Assembly (NCBI RefSeq): GCF_047782795.1
Contig: NZ_CP180632.1
Origin: Escherichia coli
GTDB taxonomy: Bacteria > Pseudomonadota > Gammaproteobacteria > Enterobacterales > Enterobacteriaceae
Strand: one strand, 5' to 3'
DNA length: 32,000 bases
Both the position numbers and the translations under genes were made by a program. The notes beneath the pieces were generated by a model that was given only the letters and a program-made list of their open reading frames with translations, made no database searches and was not told where the DNA came from. Each line of letters begins with the position of its first letter. Position 1 is the first letter of the stretch. Shown piece by piece: positions 1-26,584 of this stretch.

Positions 1-243
1 ACTGAGTCGGTAAACCCGTTCAACCCGAATGCCCAGGCGATGTACAGTCAACTGGAAGGGCTTGGGATGACGCAACAGCAGGCATCAGGCTGGATTGCCC
101 AGCAGATCACCAATCAGGGGCTGATTATTTCCGCCAATGAGATCTTCTGGATGTCAGCCGGAATATTCCTCGTACTGCTGGGGCTGGTGTGGTTTGCTAA
201 ACCGCCATTTGGCGCAGGTGGCGGCGGAGGCGGTGCGCACTAA
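1..243 (+). CDS. emrB: Multidrug efflux MFS permease EmrB, C-terminal fragment (frame open from the window edge)
   Basis: Frame 1 is open from nt 1. The C-terminus ...LVWFAKPPFGAGGGGGGAH and the position upstream of luxS match my recollection of E. coli EmrB. Confidence 0.85.
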   Translation, partial: TESVNPFNPNAQAMYSQLEGLGMTQQQASGWIAQQITNQGLIISANEIFWMSAGIFLVLLGLVWFAKPPFGAGGGGGGAH

Positions 244-251
244 GTACAACT

Positions 252-279
252 AAGCCAGTTCATTTGAACTGGCTTTTTT
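252..279 (+). terminator. Rho-independent terminator between convergent emrB and luxS (probably bidirectional)
   Basis: Stem aagccagtt / aactggctt with loop catttg, followed by a T-run (ttttt). Confidence 0.7.
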
Positions 280-306
280 CAATTAATTGTGAAGATAGTT
301 TACTGA

Positions 307-822
307 CTAGATGTGCAGTTCCTGCAACTTCTCTTTCGGCAGTGCCAGTTCTTCGTTGCTGTTGATGCGTACGTCACGTTCCAGAATGCTACGCGCAATA
401 TCCTGCGCTTCCTGCAACGAGTGCATCTGGTAAGTGCCACACTGGTAGACGTTCAGTTCCGGGATCTGATTCTGATCCTGCACTTTCAGCACGTCTTCCA
501 TTGCCGCTTTCCAGGCATCAGCAACACGCTGCTCATCTGGCGTACCAATCAGACTCATATAAAAACCGGTGCGGCAGCCCATTGGCGAGATATCGATAAT
601 CTCTACACCCTTACCGTTAAGATGGTTACGCATAAAACCAGCAAACAGGTGCTCCAGGGTATGGATCCCTCTTTCTGGCATCACTTCTTTGTTCGGCACG
701 CAGAAGCGCAGATCGAACACGGTGATTGCGTCGCCATGCGGGGTGTTCATTGTTTTCGCCACCCGAACTGCAGGCGCTTCCATCCGGGTATGATCGACTG
801 TGAAGCTATCTAACAACGGCAT
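307..822 (-). CDS. luxS: S-ribosylhomocysteine lyase (autoinducer-2 synthesis)
   Basis: 171-aa [26 protein letters not shown]...HXXEH-type metal site (HTLEHLFAG); recognised as LuxS. Confidence 0.97.
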   Translation of the reverse strand: MPLLDSFTVDHTRMEAPAVRVAKTMNTPHGDAITVFDLRFCVPNKEVMPERGIHTLEHLFAGFMRNHLNGKGVEIIDISPMGCRTGFYMSLIGTPDEQRVADAWKAAMEDVLKVQDQNQIPELNVYQCGTYQMHSLQEAQDIARSILERDVRINSNEELALPKEKLQELHI

Positions 823-890
823 TTAGCCACCTCCGGTAATTTTTTTAAAAATTTTCTGAACTCTTTCTTCCCAGGCGAGTCTGAGTATAT

Positions 891-963
891 GAAAGACGCG
901 CATTTGTTATCATCATCCCTGAATTCAGAGATGAAATTTTGGCCACTCACGAGTGGCCTTTTT
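891..963 (+). ncRNA. micA: MicA (SraD) Hfq-dependent sRNA
   Basis: gaaagacgcgcatttgttatcatcatccctgaattcagagatgaaattttggccactcacgagtggccttttt matches the MicA sequence as I recall it. It has the terminal hairpin ggccactc-acgagtggcc plus a U-run and the expected luxS-gshA intergenic position. Confidence 0.85.
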
Positions 964-971
964 CTTTTCTG

Positions 972-2555
<1,584 letters not shown>

Positions 2556-2600
2556 TTAATTAGCATAACTGTAATGGTGACCATATGTGCAGGCCTACAA

Positions 2601-3029
2601 TTAGTGCCACCACATCATGCCCTGAACGGTCGCTGCTGCAACTGCAACATAGCGTAACGCTTTACCAAGGCACAAAAAAAAGATTACTGGCCCCCAGGAG
2701 ATGCGCATCCATCCCGCTAACAGACACAGTAAATCGCCAACCACGGGCATCCAGCTTAATAATAGCGTGACTGCACCATAGCGTTTCAGCCAGCCGGTAG
2801 CTTTCTCTTGCCAGCGCGATGTTTTACGCAATGGAAAGAAACGCCCAAGGATAACGTTAGTTAACCCTCCAAGGCTATTACCCATTGTTGCTGTTAAAAC
2901 TAAAACCCAGGGATAACTGATCCCGGAAAGCAACATTGCCACCAGCACGACTTCGGAGTTGCCGGGTAATAGTGTAGCGCTGAGAAAACTACTGGCAAAC
3001 AACGAGAAAAGCGATAACGCTTCACTCAC
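2601..3029 (-). CDS. yqaA: DedA/YqaA-family inner membrane protein
   Basis: 142-aa hydrophobic ORF that overlaps the yqaB stop by 4 nt; matches YqaA by recollection and synteny. Confidence 0.9.
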   Translation of the reverse strand: MSEALSLFSLFASSFLSATLLPGNSEVVLVAMLLSGISYPWVLVLTATMGNSLGGLTNVILGRFFPLRKTSRWQEKATGWLKRYGAVTLLLSWMPVVGDLLCLLAGWMRISWGPVIFFLCLGKALRYVAVAAATVQGMMWWH

Positions 3030-3592
3030 AGCAAGCGAACATCCACGGCGTCCATGCCTGCTGCACGGGCCGCCTGAATACCGAAATCGGCATCTTCAAA
3101 GACCACACACTGCGTCGGTTGCACGCCCATACGCTGCGCGCACAACAAAAATGTGTCTGGCGCGGGTTTATGGTGTTTGACGTGATCAGCAGCGACGACG
3201 GCGTCAAAATAACGGCGTAATCCCAGGTGCGCCAGCAATGCCTCAGCGATGGCGCTTTCACTCCCCGTTCCTACAGCCATTGGGCGACGACCATGCCAAC
3301 TTTTCACCACTTCAACAAGAGGAAGCGGCTCGACACTATCCAGCAGCATACTTCTTACTGCTTCTGTTTTTTCACGCGCTAACGCATGCGGGTCGAGATC
3401 GGCCTGATTCAGCTCAATAATTGCCTGAGCAATACGCCAGGTGGGCGATCCATTAAGCGCAATCATTGCCTGAACATCGTACTGAAGACCGTAGTGCCCT
3501 AATACTTCGCGCCACGCTTTACGGTGCGTAGGCTCCGTATCCAGGATTGTGCCATCCATATCAAAAATTAAACCTGCATAACGCTCGTACAT
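3026..3592 (-). CDS. yqaB: HAD-superfamily sugar phosphatase (fructose-1-phosphate phosphatase YqaB)
   Basis: 188-aa ORF with the HAD motif I DMDGTILDTE near the N-terminus and a C-terminal EDADFG motif. Confidence 0.93.
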   Translation of the reverse strand: MYERYAGLIFDMDGTILDTEPTHRKAWREVLGHYGLQYDVQAMIALNGSPTWRIAQAIIELNQADLDPHALAREKTEAVRSMLLDSVEPLPLVEVVKSWHGRRPMAVGTGSESAIAEALLAHLGLRRYFDAVVAADHVKHHKPAPDTFLLCAQRMGVQPTQCVVFEDADFGIQAARAAGMDAVDVRLL

Positions 3593-3872
3593 GGTCTTCT
3601 CGCAAGTCGAAAAATATGACGCTACTTTAGCGTAATTGCTTGATTTTGTCGCTGATGGCGAAGGAGAAGAAAATTCAGGAAATGGATAAAGTAGTTATTT
3701 AGAAATGAGATATTTTTGAAGGAAATTTTTGGGAGAAGATGGTGCATCCGGGAGGATTACTCACTGGCGTTCGCCCTTCGGGCCGTTGCTGACGCAACGT
3801 TATCCTCCCTGGTGCCTGCGGTTAATACCGCTATCTCTTCGATACCTTCATTGCTGAAGGTTACGGAGAATA

Positions 3873-3949
3873 TGGTGCATCCGGGAGGATTCGAACCTCC
3901 GACCGCTCGGTTCGTAGCCGAGTACTCTATCCAGCTGAGCTACGGATGC
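3873..3949 (-). tRNA. argQ: tRNA-Arg(ACG)
   Basis: The reverse complement reads GCATCCGTAGCTCAGCTGGATAGAGTACTCGGCTACGAACCGAGCGGTCGGAGGTTCGAATCCTCCCGGATGCACCA (77 nt, anticodon ACG, encoded CCA). Confidence 0.97.
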
Positions 3950-4147
3950 ATCGGGAAAATTTATTTTACTGCTGATATTGATATCGCTACTAAAGCCATA
4001 TCAAGTAAGAGATGGTGCATCCGGGAGGATTACTCGCCTTGCGGCTCGCCCTTCGGGCCGTTGCTAAAGCAACGTTATCATCCCTGGTGCCTGCGGTTAA
4101 TTCCGCTACCTCTTCGATACCTTCATTGCTGAAGATTTCGGAGAATA

Positions 4148-4224
4148 TGGTGCATCCGGGAGGATTCGAACCTCCGACCGCTCGGTTCGTAGCCGAGTAC
4201 TCTATCCAGCTGAGCTACGGATGC
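4148..4224 (-). tRNA. argZ: tRNA-Arg(ACG)
   Basis: Identical 77-nt copy, 275 nt from argQ. Confidence 0.97.
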
Positions 4225-4422
4225 ATCGGGAAAATTTATTTTACTGCTGATATTGATACCGCTACTAAAGCCATATCAAGTAAGAGATGGTGCATCCGGG
4301 AGGATTACTCGCCTTGCGGCTCGCCCTTCGGGCCGTTGCTAAAGCAACGTTATCCTCCCTGGTGCTTGCGGTTAGTACCGCCACCTCTTCGATACCTTCA
4401 TCGCTGAAGATTACGGAGAATA

Positions 4423-4499
4423 TGGTGCATCCGGGAGGATTCGAACCTCCGACCGCTCGGTTCGTAGCCGAGTACTCTATCCAGCTGAGCTACGGATGC
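4423..4499 (-). tRNA. argY: tRNA-Arg(ACG)
   Basis: Identical 77-nt copy, 275 nt from argZ. Confidence 0.97.
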
Positions 4500-4696
4500 A
4501 TCGGGAAACTTACTTTACTGCAGATTTTTTGATACCGCTACTAAAGCCGTATCAAGTAAGAGATGGTGCATCCGGGAGGATTACTCGCCTTGCGGCTCGC
4601 CCTTCGGGCCGTTGCTAAAGCAACGTTATCCTCCCTGGTGCCTGCGGTTATACCGCCACCTCTTCCATACCTTCATCGCTGAATGTACGTAGAATA

Positions 4697-4773
4697 TGGT
4701 GCATCCGGGAGGATTCGAACCTCCGACCGCTCGGTTCGTAGCCGAGTACTCTATCCAGCTGAGCTACGGATGC
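4697..4773 (-). tRNA. argV: tRNA-Arg(ACG)
   Basis: Identical 77-nt copy, 274 nt from argY and 3 nt from serV. Confidence 0.97.
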
Positions 4774-4776
4774 AAA

Positions 4777-4869
4777 TGGCGGTGAGGCGGGGATTCGAAC
4801 CCCGGATGCAGCTTTTGACCGCATACTCCCTTAGCAGGGGAGCGCCTTCAGCCTCTCGGCCACCTCACC
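4777..4869 (-). tRNA. serV: tRNA-Ser(GCU), class II with long variable arm
   Basis: The reverse complement reads GGTGAGGTGGCCGAGAGGCTGAAGGCGCTCCCCTGCTAAGGGAGTATGCGGTCAAAAGCTGCATCCGGGGTTCGAATCCCCGCCTCACCGCCA (93 nt). Confidence 0.95.
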
Positions 4870-5139
4870 ACACGCCTCTTACGAGTGCTTCGAAGAACTT
4901 GTTTATCGCTCATCGTCGCTGCGTGGCGCACATATTACTTTCTGAGACTTATAAGTCAAACAATTTTTCCTACACTTTTATCGTTTGCACACTTCACGTT
5001 CAATTAGTCTGTAAAAACGTCAAAAAGAGTGTTTTATCAACAGAAAAATGGAGGTCTGACAGATAGTAGTAATGCAAAAAAATGGAGACTTAAGTTGAAT
5101 GAACGGGAGTAAAGCGAAAAGACTATAGAGTGAAGGAGA

Positions 5140-5177
5140 AATTTTGAGGGTGCGTCTCACCGATAAAGATGAGACGC
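5140..5177 (-). terminator. csrA terminator hairpin
   Basis: Stem gcgtctca (5152-5159) / tgagacgc (5170-5177), located just 3' of the csrA stop on the minus strand and followed by an A/T-rich tract. Confidence 0.55.
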
Positions 5178-5184
5178 GGAAAGA

Positions 5185-5370
5185 TTAGTAACTGGACTGC
5201 TGGGATTTTTCAGCCTGGATACGCTGGTAGATCTCTTCACGGTGAACAGAAACTTCCTTCGGGGCATTTACGCCAATACGTACCTGGTTGCCCTTTACCC
5301 CTAAAACTGTCACGGTGACCTCATCCCCAATCATGAGGGTCTCACCAACTCGACGAGTCAGAATCAGCAT
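5185..5370 (-). CDS. csrA: Carbon storage regulator (RNA-binding global regulator)
   Basis: 61-aa [64 protein letters not shown]; recognised as CsrA. Confidence 0.98.
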
Positions 5371-5604
5371 TCTTTGCTCCTTGAAAGATTAAAAGAGTCG
5401 GGTCTCTCTGTATCCCGGCATTATCCATCATATAACGCCAAAAAGTAAGCAATGACAAACACATTACATGTAAGCAGTCATGGCATTACATTCTGTTAAA
5501 CCTAAGTTTAGCCGATATACACAACTTCAACCTGACTTTATCGTTGTCGATAGCGTTAATGCGAATGCCGTGAAGCGAGTCCACGGCATTGCCTGACGCT
5601 TATA

Positions 5605-8235
5605 TTATTGCAATTTCGCGCTGACCCAGCCTTTCACACTGGCTAACGCTGCAGGTAAGGCCGCAGCATCCGTACCACCGGCTTGCGCCATGTCAGGACG
5701 TCCACCACCCTTGCCGCCCACCTGCTGAGCGACCATACCAATCAGTTCCCCTGCTTTCACACGATCTGTGACGTCCTTAGATACGCCTGCAATCAGAGAA
5801 ACCTTACCTTCGGCTACCGTTGCCAGCACGATAATTGTCGACCCCAGCTGATTTTTTAAATCGTCAACCATGGTACGCAACATTTTCGGCTCAACACCGC
5901 TAAGCTCGCTAACCAACAGCTTAACACCATTAACATCAATTGCCTTACTGGAAAGATTTGCGCTCTCCTGTGCGGCAGCTTGTTCTTTAAGCTGTTGTAG
6001 TTCTTTTTCTAACTGACGCGTACGTTCCAGTACTGAGCGCACTTTATCCGCCAGATTATTGCTATCGCCTTTCAGCAGATGCGCGACTTCGCTTAAGCGA
6101 TCGCTGTCTGCATGAACGGTGGTGATAGCGCCTTCTCCGGTTACCGCTTCGATACGACGAACGCCTGCAGCAGTACCCGATTCAGAGATGATGCGGAACA
6201 GACCAATATCACCAGTGCGGCTGGCGTGAGTACCGCCACACAGCTCGGTGGAGAAATCGCCCATGCTCAGCACGCGTACACGCTCATCATACTTCTCGCC
6301 GAACAGCGCCATCGCACCTTTCGCTTTCGCCGCTTCGAGATCCATGATGTTGGTTTCGATCGGCAAATTGCGACGAATCTGTGCGTTCACCAGGTCTTCG
6401 ACCGCACGAATCTCTTCCGGTTTCATCGCTTCGTTGTGTGAGAAGTCGAAGCGCAGCACCTTGTCGTTAACCAGTGAACCTTTCTGCGATACATGAGTCC
6501 CCAGAACCTGGCGCAGCGCAGCGTGCATCAGGTGCGTTGCGGAGTGATTCAGACGAATACGGGCGCGACGAGCCTCATCAACATCAGCCTGCACAGCGTC
6601 GCCCACTTTCAGAGAACCCGCAGCAAGTTTACCGATGTGACCAATCGCCTGGCCGTATTTCTGCGTATCTTCCACCGCGAAGGAGAAGTTAGCGCCTTTC
6701 AGTTCGCCTTTATCACCAACCTGACCGCCGGATTCCGCATAGAATGGTGTTTGATCCAGCACGACCACAGCTTCCTGGCCTGCATTGATGGCATCAACCG
6801 CTTTACCATCAACAAACAGCGCGGTCACTTTGCCGTTCAGTTCCAGATGGTCATAGCCTTTAAATTCAGATGCACTATCAACACGGATCATTGCGTTGTA
6901 ATCGGCACCAAAGCCGCTGGCTTCGCGCGCGCGACGACGCTGCTCTTCCATTGCTGCTTCAAAACCAGCTTCGTCAACTTTGATGTTGCGCTCACGACAA
7001 ACATCAGCCGTCAGGTCAACCGGGAAGCCATAGGTGTCGTACAGACGGAAAGCCGTTTCACCATCCAGCGTATCACCAGAAAGTTTTGCCAGCTCTTCAT
7101 CCAGCAACGCCAGACCGCGCTCCAGAGTACGGGCAAACTGCTCTTCTTCAGTCTTCAGCACCTGCTCAACCTGCGCCTGCTGGCGTTTCAGGTCTTCACC
7201 CGCAGAGCCCATAACGTCGATCAGCGGACCAACCAGTTTGTAGAAGAAGGTTTCTTTCGCGCCGAGCATATTGCCGTGACGCACTGCGCGACGAATGATA
7301 CGACGCAGTACATAACCACGGTTTTCATTGGACGGCATTACGCCATCCGCGATCAGGAACGCACAAGAACGAATGTGGTCAGCGATTACGCGCAGCGATT
7401 TATTGCTCAGATCGGTCGCGCCAGTGACTTTCGCTACCGCCTGGATCAACGTGCGGAACAGGTCGATGTCATAGTTAGAGTTAACGTGTTGCAGCACCGC
7501 AGCAATACGCTCCAGACCCATACCGGTATCTACAGACGGCTTCGGCAGCGGTTCCATCGTGCCATCTGCCTGGCGGTTGAACTGCATGAAGACGATGTTC
7601 CAGATCTCAATGTAGCGGTCGCCGTCTTCTTCCGGACTTCCCGGAGGGCCACCCCAAATGTGGTCGCCGTGATCGTAGAAGATTTCGGTGCACGGGCCGC
7701 ACGGACCAGTGTCACCCATCTGCCAGAAGTTGTCAGATGCGTATGGCGCACCTTTGTTATCGCCGATGCGAATAATACGTTCGCGCGGGATCCCGACTTC
7801 TTTTTCCCAGATTTCGTAGGCTTCGTCGTCGCTTTCATAGACGGTAACCCACAGACGCTCTTTCGGCAGGGCAAACCATTTTTCGCTGGTCAGCAGTTCC
7901 CATGCAAACTGAATGGCATCGTGTTTGAAATAGTCGCCGAAGCTGAAGTTGCCCAGCATTTCGAAGAAGGTATGGTGACGCGCGGTGTAACCGACGTTTT
8001 CCAGGTCGTTGTGTTTACCACCCGCACGCACGCAGCGTTGGGAAGTGGTAGCGCGGGAATAATTACGCTTGTCGAGCCCAAGGAACACATCCTTGAACTG
8101 GTTCATCCCGGCGTTGGTAAACAACAAAGTTGGGTCGTTATGGGGTACCAGGGAGCTGCTGGCAACTACCTGATGTCCCTTACTATGGAAAAAGTCGAGA
8201 AACGCCTGACGGATCTCAGCGGTGCTCTTGCTCAT
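5605..8235 (-). CDS. alaS: Alanine-tRNA ligase
   Basis: 876-aa [27 protein letters not shown]...; recognised as AlaRS. Confidence 0.98.
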   Translation of the reverse strand: MSKSTAEIRQAFLDFFHSKGHQVVASSSLVPHNDPTLLFTNAGMNQFKDVFLGLDKRNYSRATTSQRCVRAGGKHNDLENVGYTARHHTFFEMLGNFSFGDYFKHDAIQFAWELLTSEKWFALPKERLWVTVYESDDEAYEIWEKEVGIPRERIIRIGDNKGAPYASDNFWQMGDTGPCGPCTEIFYDHGDHIWGGPPGSPEEDGDRYIEIWNIVFMQFNRQADGTMEPLPKPSVDTGMGLERIAAVLQHVNSNYDIDLFRTLIQAVAKVTGATDLSNKSLRVIADHIRSCAFLIADGVMPSNENRGYVLRRIIRRAVRHGNMLGAKETFFYKLVGPLIDVMGSAGEDLKRQQAQVEQVLKTEEEQFARTLERGLALLDEELAKLSGDTLDGETAFRLYDTYGFPVDLTADVCRERNIKVDEAGFEAAMEEQRRRAREASGFGADYNAMIRVDSASEFKGYDHLELNGKVTALFVDGKAVDAINAGQEAVVVLDQTPFYAESGGQVGDKGELKGANFSFAVEDTQKYGQAIGHIGKLAAGSLKVGDAVQADVDEARRARIRLNHSATHLMHAALRQVLGTHVSQKGSLVNDKVLRFDFSHNEAMKPEEIRAVEDLVNAQIRRNLPIETNIMDLEAAKAKGAMALFGEKYDERVRVLSMGDFSTELCGGTHASRTGDIGLFRIISESGTAAGVRRIEAVTGEGAITTVHADSDRLSEVAHLLKGDSNNLADKVRSVLERTRQLEKELQQLKEQAAAQESANLSSKAIDVNGVKLLVSELSGVEPKMLRTMVDDLKNQLGSTIIVLATVAEGKVSLIAGVSKDVTDRVKAGELIGMVAQQVGGKGGGRPDMAQAGGTDAAALPAALASVKGWVSAKLQ

Positions 8236-8362
8236 AATTATCCTGAAATCAAGCTAACGAAATATCGCCACCAGCTCCAGCGTGTCTTAACCGCCGGGCT
8301 GGTAACTGAAAAGTGGGAATAAGATAAGTTTTCTTGACTGGGAAGTAAAATACCGTATGCGT

Positions 8363-8863
8363 TCAGTCGGCAAAATTTCGCCAAATATCCTGGATATCTT
8401 CCATCAGATAGCCACGATAGAGCAGAAAACGCTGGATCTTAACTTTTTCTGAAAAGACAGTTGGCAAAGGTTCACCATATTTTCGCGTCGCCTGATCGCG
8501 CGCCAGTGCGCACCAGTCGATGTCACATTCACGCATCGCTTTTTCTGTCGCTTCGCGGGAAATACCTTTCTGATTCAGTTCCTGGCGAATACGCGCAGGT
8601 CCATAACCTTTGCGGCTACGGCTGGCGATAAAGCGCGCAACAAATCGGCTGTCATCGAGATAGCCATGTTCATGGCACCAGGCAATAACGCGCTCGTAAT
8701 CTTCTGCCGTAGCGTCAATCTCTTCTGGGCCATTTTTGCCCATAATCGGTGCCGCGAGTTTACGTCGCAGTTCTTGCTCACTGTGATCGCGCACCGCCAG
8801 AATGCGTACCGCACGATCCAACAGGCGAGCATATGCCGGGCGACGGGACGTTGATTCTGTCAT
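8363..8863 (-). CDS. recX: RecA inhibitor RecX
   Basis: 166-aa [39 protein letters not shown]..., downstream of recA. Confidence 0.96.
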   Translation of the reverse strand: MTESTSRRPAYARLLDRAVRILAVRDHSEQELRRKLAAPIMGKNGPEEIDATAEDYERVIAWCHEHGYLDDSRFVARFIASRSRKGYGPARIRQELNQKGISREATEKAMRECDIDWCALARDQATRKYGEPLPTVFSEKVKIQRFLLYRGYLMEDIQDIWRNFAD

Positions 8864-8882
8864 GGCATATCCTTACAACTTA

Positions 8883-8911
8883 AAAAAGCAAAAGGGCCGC
8901 AGATGCGACCC
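8883..8911 (-). terminator. recA-recX intergenic hairpin terminator/attenuator
   Basis: On the minus strand, gggtcgc-atct-gcggccc followed by ttttgctttttt. This matches the hairpin I recall between recA and recX in K-12. Confidence 0.7.
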
Positions 8912-9095
8912 AGGTTTTGCTGATAAACAGATTTAATAGTCAATGAGTGTGCAGAATGTTCCCGCAGGCCCAATTCGTTAGAGGATCGAGGTGAGAGTAA
9001 TTTTTCACGCCAGTGCTGGCCTGTTCCCCTCACCCTAACCCTCTCCCCAAAGGAGCGAGGGGACCGTCCGTGCACACATTATCTATTATCATCAA
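8912..9095. repeat. Extra ~180-bp intergenic element between the recA stop and its terminator, with a GC-rich (boxC-like?) core
   Basis: The recA stop-recX start gap is 242 nt here, against about 70 nt as I recall for K-12. It contains gttcccctcaccctaaccctctccccaaaggagcgaggggaccg, which resembles a dispersed enterobacterial intergenic repeat. Confidence 0.45.
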
Positions 9096-9105
9096 TAACG
9101 AACGA

Positions 9106-10246
<1,141 letters not shown>

Positions 10247-10744
10247 TCAAGTGTTTTGTAGAAATTGTTGCCACAAGGTCTGCAATGCATACGCAGTAGC
10301 CTGACGACGCACCGCATCACGGTCGCCGCTGAAGCATTCCCGCCGGGTAATGCCTTCACCGCGGGCAGTGGCAAAAGCAAACCAGACGGTGCCGACAGGC
10401 TTCTCTTCACTGCCGCCATCCGGCCCGGCGATACCACTAATAGACACGGCATAATCAGCACGAGCCGCTTTCAGTGCGCCTATCGCCATTTCCACCACGA
10501 CGGGTTCACTCACCGCGCCATGCTGCGCCAGCGTCTCTTCGCGTACGCCGATCATCTGCGCTTTGGCTTCGTTACTGTAGGTGACAAATCCGCGTTCAAA
10601 CCAGGCGGAGCTACCGGCAATATCGGTAATCACTTTCGCTACCCAACCACCGGTACAAGACTCGGCAGTTGTTACGGTTGCGCCACGGGCTTTCAGCGCC
10701 TGCCCAACCTGTTCACTTAACTGCATCAGTTCACTGTCAGTCAT
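10247..10744 (-). CDS. pncC: NMN amidohydrolase (CinA-domain protein, formerly YgaD)
   Basis: ORF MTDSELMQLSEQVGQALKARGATVTTAESCTGGW...; the start is taken at the second Met (165 aa). Confidence 0.92.
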   Translation of the reverse strand: MTDSELMQLSEQVGQALKARGATVTTAESCTGGWVAKVITDIAGSSAWFERGFVTYSNEAKAQMIGVREETLAQHGAVSEPVVVEMAIGALKAARADYAVSISGIAGPDGGSEEKPVGTVWFAFATARGEGITRRECFSGDRDAVRRQATAYALQTLWQQFLQNT

Positions 10745-10888
10745 CACAACCTCTGTCAGTCAAAAATTTATGCCGGACAAGATAGCACTTTCGTCAGGAA
10801 GATGGTGTTGGCGTTGCAATTTTACGAGGAGGATTCAGAAAAAAGCTGATTAGCCAGAGGGAAGCTCACGCCCCCCTCTTGTAAATAG

Positions 10889-11974
10889 CTACTGTACTCG
10901 CGCCAGCGCCACGGCTTGTCCTAACTGCCAGACCGCCATTGCGTAATGGGTGCTGTGGTTGTAACGGGTGATGGTGTAGAAGTTCGGCAGACCGTACCAG
11001 TACTGGTAGCCGGTGCCAACATCCAGACGCAGCAGGCTGGCTTGTTGATGGTTGCCCAGCGGCTGCTGTGGCGTTAAACCTGCGGCGGCAAGCTGCGAAA
11101 TGCTGTACTTAGTTTTGAAGCCATTTGGCAAGCCTGGAGCCTGACCGTTTGCCATTACCGCGACCTGATCGCCTTTCACCCAGCCGTGCGCTTTGAAATA
11201 GTTCGCCACGCTACCGATCGCATCAACCGGATCCCACAGGTTGATATGCCCGTCGCCGCTGAAATCTACCGCATATTGTTTGTAAGACGACGGCATAAAC
11301 TGTCCGTAGCCCATCGCCCCGGCAAAGGAACCTTTCAGATTGAGCGGATCGTCCTGCTCGTCGCGCGCCATCAACAGGAAGGTTTCCAGCTCGCCAGAGA
11401 AATACTCCGCGCGGCGTGGGTAGTTAAATGACAGCGTTGCCAGCGCATCGAGGATGCGAGTTTTCCCCATCACGCGCCCCCAGCGGGTTTCAACGCCGAT
11501 AATCCCGACGATAATTTCCGGCGGTACGCCATACACCTGCCACGCGCGATTCAACGCATCTTCATACTGATTCCAGAAAACCACACCGTTCTGCACGTTG
11601 TCCGGCGTAATAAATTTTTTGCGATAACGCAGCCATGCGCCGTTCGGACCTGATGGCGGTTTCACCGATGTGGTTGGTGCCTGGTTATCCATCAGCCGCA
11701 GTACCGAATCCAGACGTTTCGCCTGGGAGAGAATTTCCTGCAACTGCTGACGATCGAAACCGTGTTTGTTCACCATTTTGTCGATGAACTGCTGGGCATT
11801 CGGGTTATTAGCGAAATCGCCGCCCATCTGCATCACATTGTGCTGCGGCTCAAGCAGGAAGCCGCCAGACGGCGTTCCGGTGGTCGTATCAGTCTCAGTA
11901 GGTTTTGGCTTGCTGCTACAGGCGGCAAGCAACACAAAAAGGGGAAGCAATGTTACATAACGACGCTTGAACAT
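10889..11974 (-). CDS. mltB: Membrane-bound lytic murein transglycosylase B (lipoprotein)
   Basis: The start is chosen at MFKRRYVTLLPLFVLLAAC (lipobox LAAC), giving 361 aa. The ORF-track start 105 nt upstream is probably not used. Confidence 0.93.
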   Translation of the reverse strand: MFKRRYVTLLPLFVLLAACSSKPKPTETDTTTGTPSGGFLLEPQHNVMQMGGDFANNPNAQQFIDKMVNKHGFDRQQLQEILSQAKRLDSVLRLMDNQAPTTSVKPPSGPNGAWLRYRKKFITPDNVQNGVVFWNQYEDALNRAWQVYGVPPEIIVGIIGVETRWGRVMGKTRILDALATLSFNYPRRAEYFSGELETFLLMARDEQDDPLNLKGSFAGAMGYGQFMPSSYKQYAVDFSGDGHINLWDPVDAIGSVANYFKAHGWVKGDQVAVMANGQAPGLPNGFKTKYSISQLAAAGLTPQQPLGNHQQASLLRLDVGTGYQYWYGLPNFYTITRYNHSTHYAMAVWQLGQAVALARVQ

Positions 11975-12139
11975 GAGGGGTCCATTTAACAGATTCAACC
12001 AGGGGCAAGTATGGTAAAGCATCACGCCCCGCACAAGGAAGCGGTAGTCACTGCCCGATACGGACTTTACATAACTCAACTCATTCCCCTCGCTATCCTT
12101 TTATTCAAACTTTCAAATTAAAATATTTATCTTTCATTT

Positions 12140-12155
12140 TGCGATCAAAATAACA
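12140..12155 (+). promoter_or_regulatory. Putative CRP site in the srl (gut) promoter region
   Basis: tgcga-tcaaaa-taaca approximates TGTGA-N6-TCACA and lies about 80 nt upstream of srlA. The gut operon is known to depend on cAMP-CRP. Confidence 0.4.
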
Positions 12156-12211
12156 CTTTTAAATCTTTCAATCTGATTAGATTAGGTTGCCGTTTGGTAA
12201 TAAAACAATAA

Positions 12212-13749
<1,538 letters not shown>

Positions 13750-13759
13750 AGGCTGAAAC

Positions 13760-14602
<843 letters not shown>

Positions 14603-14654
14603 CAGAGGAATCAAGAATAAAACAAGTAAGAGAATAATCAAACATAATAAAATA

Positions 14655-14687
14655 AAAGCCAGTTATAAGGTGACTGGCTTTTATTTT
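14655..14687. terminator. Bidirectional rho-independent terminator between the small-ORF module (+) and gIV (-)
   Basis: 9-bp stem aaagccagt / actggcttt with a 9-nt loop and T-runs on both strands. Confidence 0.75.
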
Positions 14688-14707
14688 GCTGGTTATATTT
14701 GTGAGAA

Positions 14708-16089
<1,382 letters not shown>

Positions 16090-16100
16090 GCAGTTGAGAA

Positions 16101-16740
<640 letters not shown>

Positions 16741-16753
16741 CGTCGCTCGTCTC

Positions 16754-16933
<180 letters not shown>

Positions 16934-16971
16934 AACTCATCACGTGCAGACAACATCATCAATAGCCCCTG

Positions 16972-21268
<4,297 letters not shown>

Positions 21269-21304
21269 CTAAAAAGGCGTCCCGAAAGACGCCATAACAT
21301 AATA

Positions 21305-26479
<5,175 letters not shown>

Positions 26480-26523
26480 TCAACAGCGGAGATCCGTTAA
26501 GGATCTCCGTGAGACTAATAGAA

Positions 26524-26554
26524 TGCCTGATGCGCTACGCTCATCAGGCCTACA
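26524..26554. repeat. REP (repetitive extragenic palindrome) element
   Basis: tgcctgatgcgctacgctcatcaggcctaca is the typical REP/PU consensus. It is preceded by the hairpin cggagatcc-gttaa-ggatctccg (26487-26509). Confidence 0.8.
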
Positions 26555-26584
26555 GGACTTCCGCCACTACATTAAGGAAAAGTT

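Larger units (their letters stand above)
3740..4773 (-). repeat. Four tandem ~275-bp units, each one tRNA-Arg gene plus a spacer carrying a 19-nt tRNA-Arg 3'-end fragment
   Basis: tggtgcatccgggaggatt recurs at 3740, 4013, 4288 and 4564 (spacer fragments) and at 3873, 4148, 4423 and 4697 (true tRNAs). The spacers also share the gcccttcgggc hairpin. Confidence 0.9.

Noticed and set aside
313-813. 166-aa plus-strand ORF antisense to luxS
   Set aside because: It is a shadow ORF coextensive with luxS, with no RBS and no recognisable motifs.
3740-4773. Regularly spaced repeats that could be mistaken for a CRISPR-like array
   Set aside because: The period is about 275 bp, the repeats are tRNA genes and tRNA fragments, the spacers are themselves near-identical, and there are no cas genes.
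3716-5066. ORFs of 81-138 aa ([25 protein letters not shown]...) across the tRNA cluster
   Set aside because: They are translations of the antisense strand of the tRNA-Arg/Ser genes and their repeated spacers. The repetition comes from the tRNA units, not from coding sequence.
6493-8322. 609-aa ORF on the plus strand, plus several shorter ones, overlapping alaS
   Set aside because: It is entirely antisense to the well-recognised alaS gene. The translation is low-complexity and Arg/Val/Phe-rich with no motifs, which is a typical shadow ORF of a highly expressed gene.
8860-9075. 71-aa minus-strand ORF in the recA-recX spacer
   Set aside because: It spans the terminator hairpin and the GC-rich repeat, has no RBS, and overlaps the recX start. 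It is most likely a chance ORF in a non-coding insertion.
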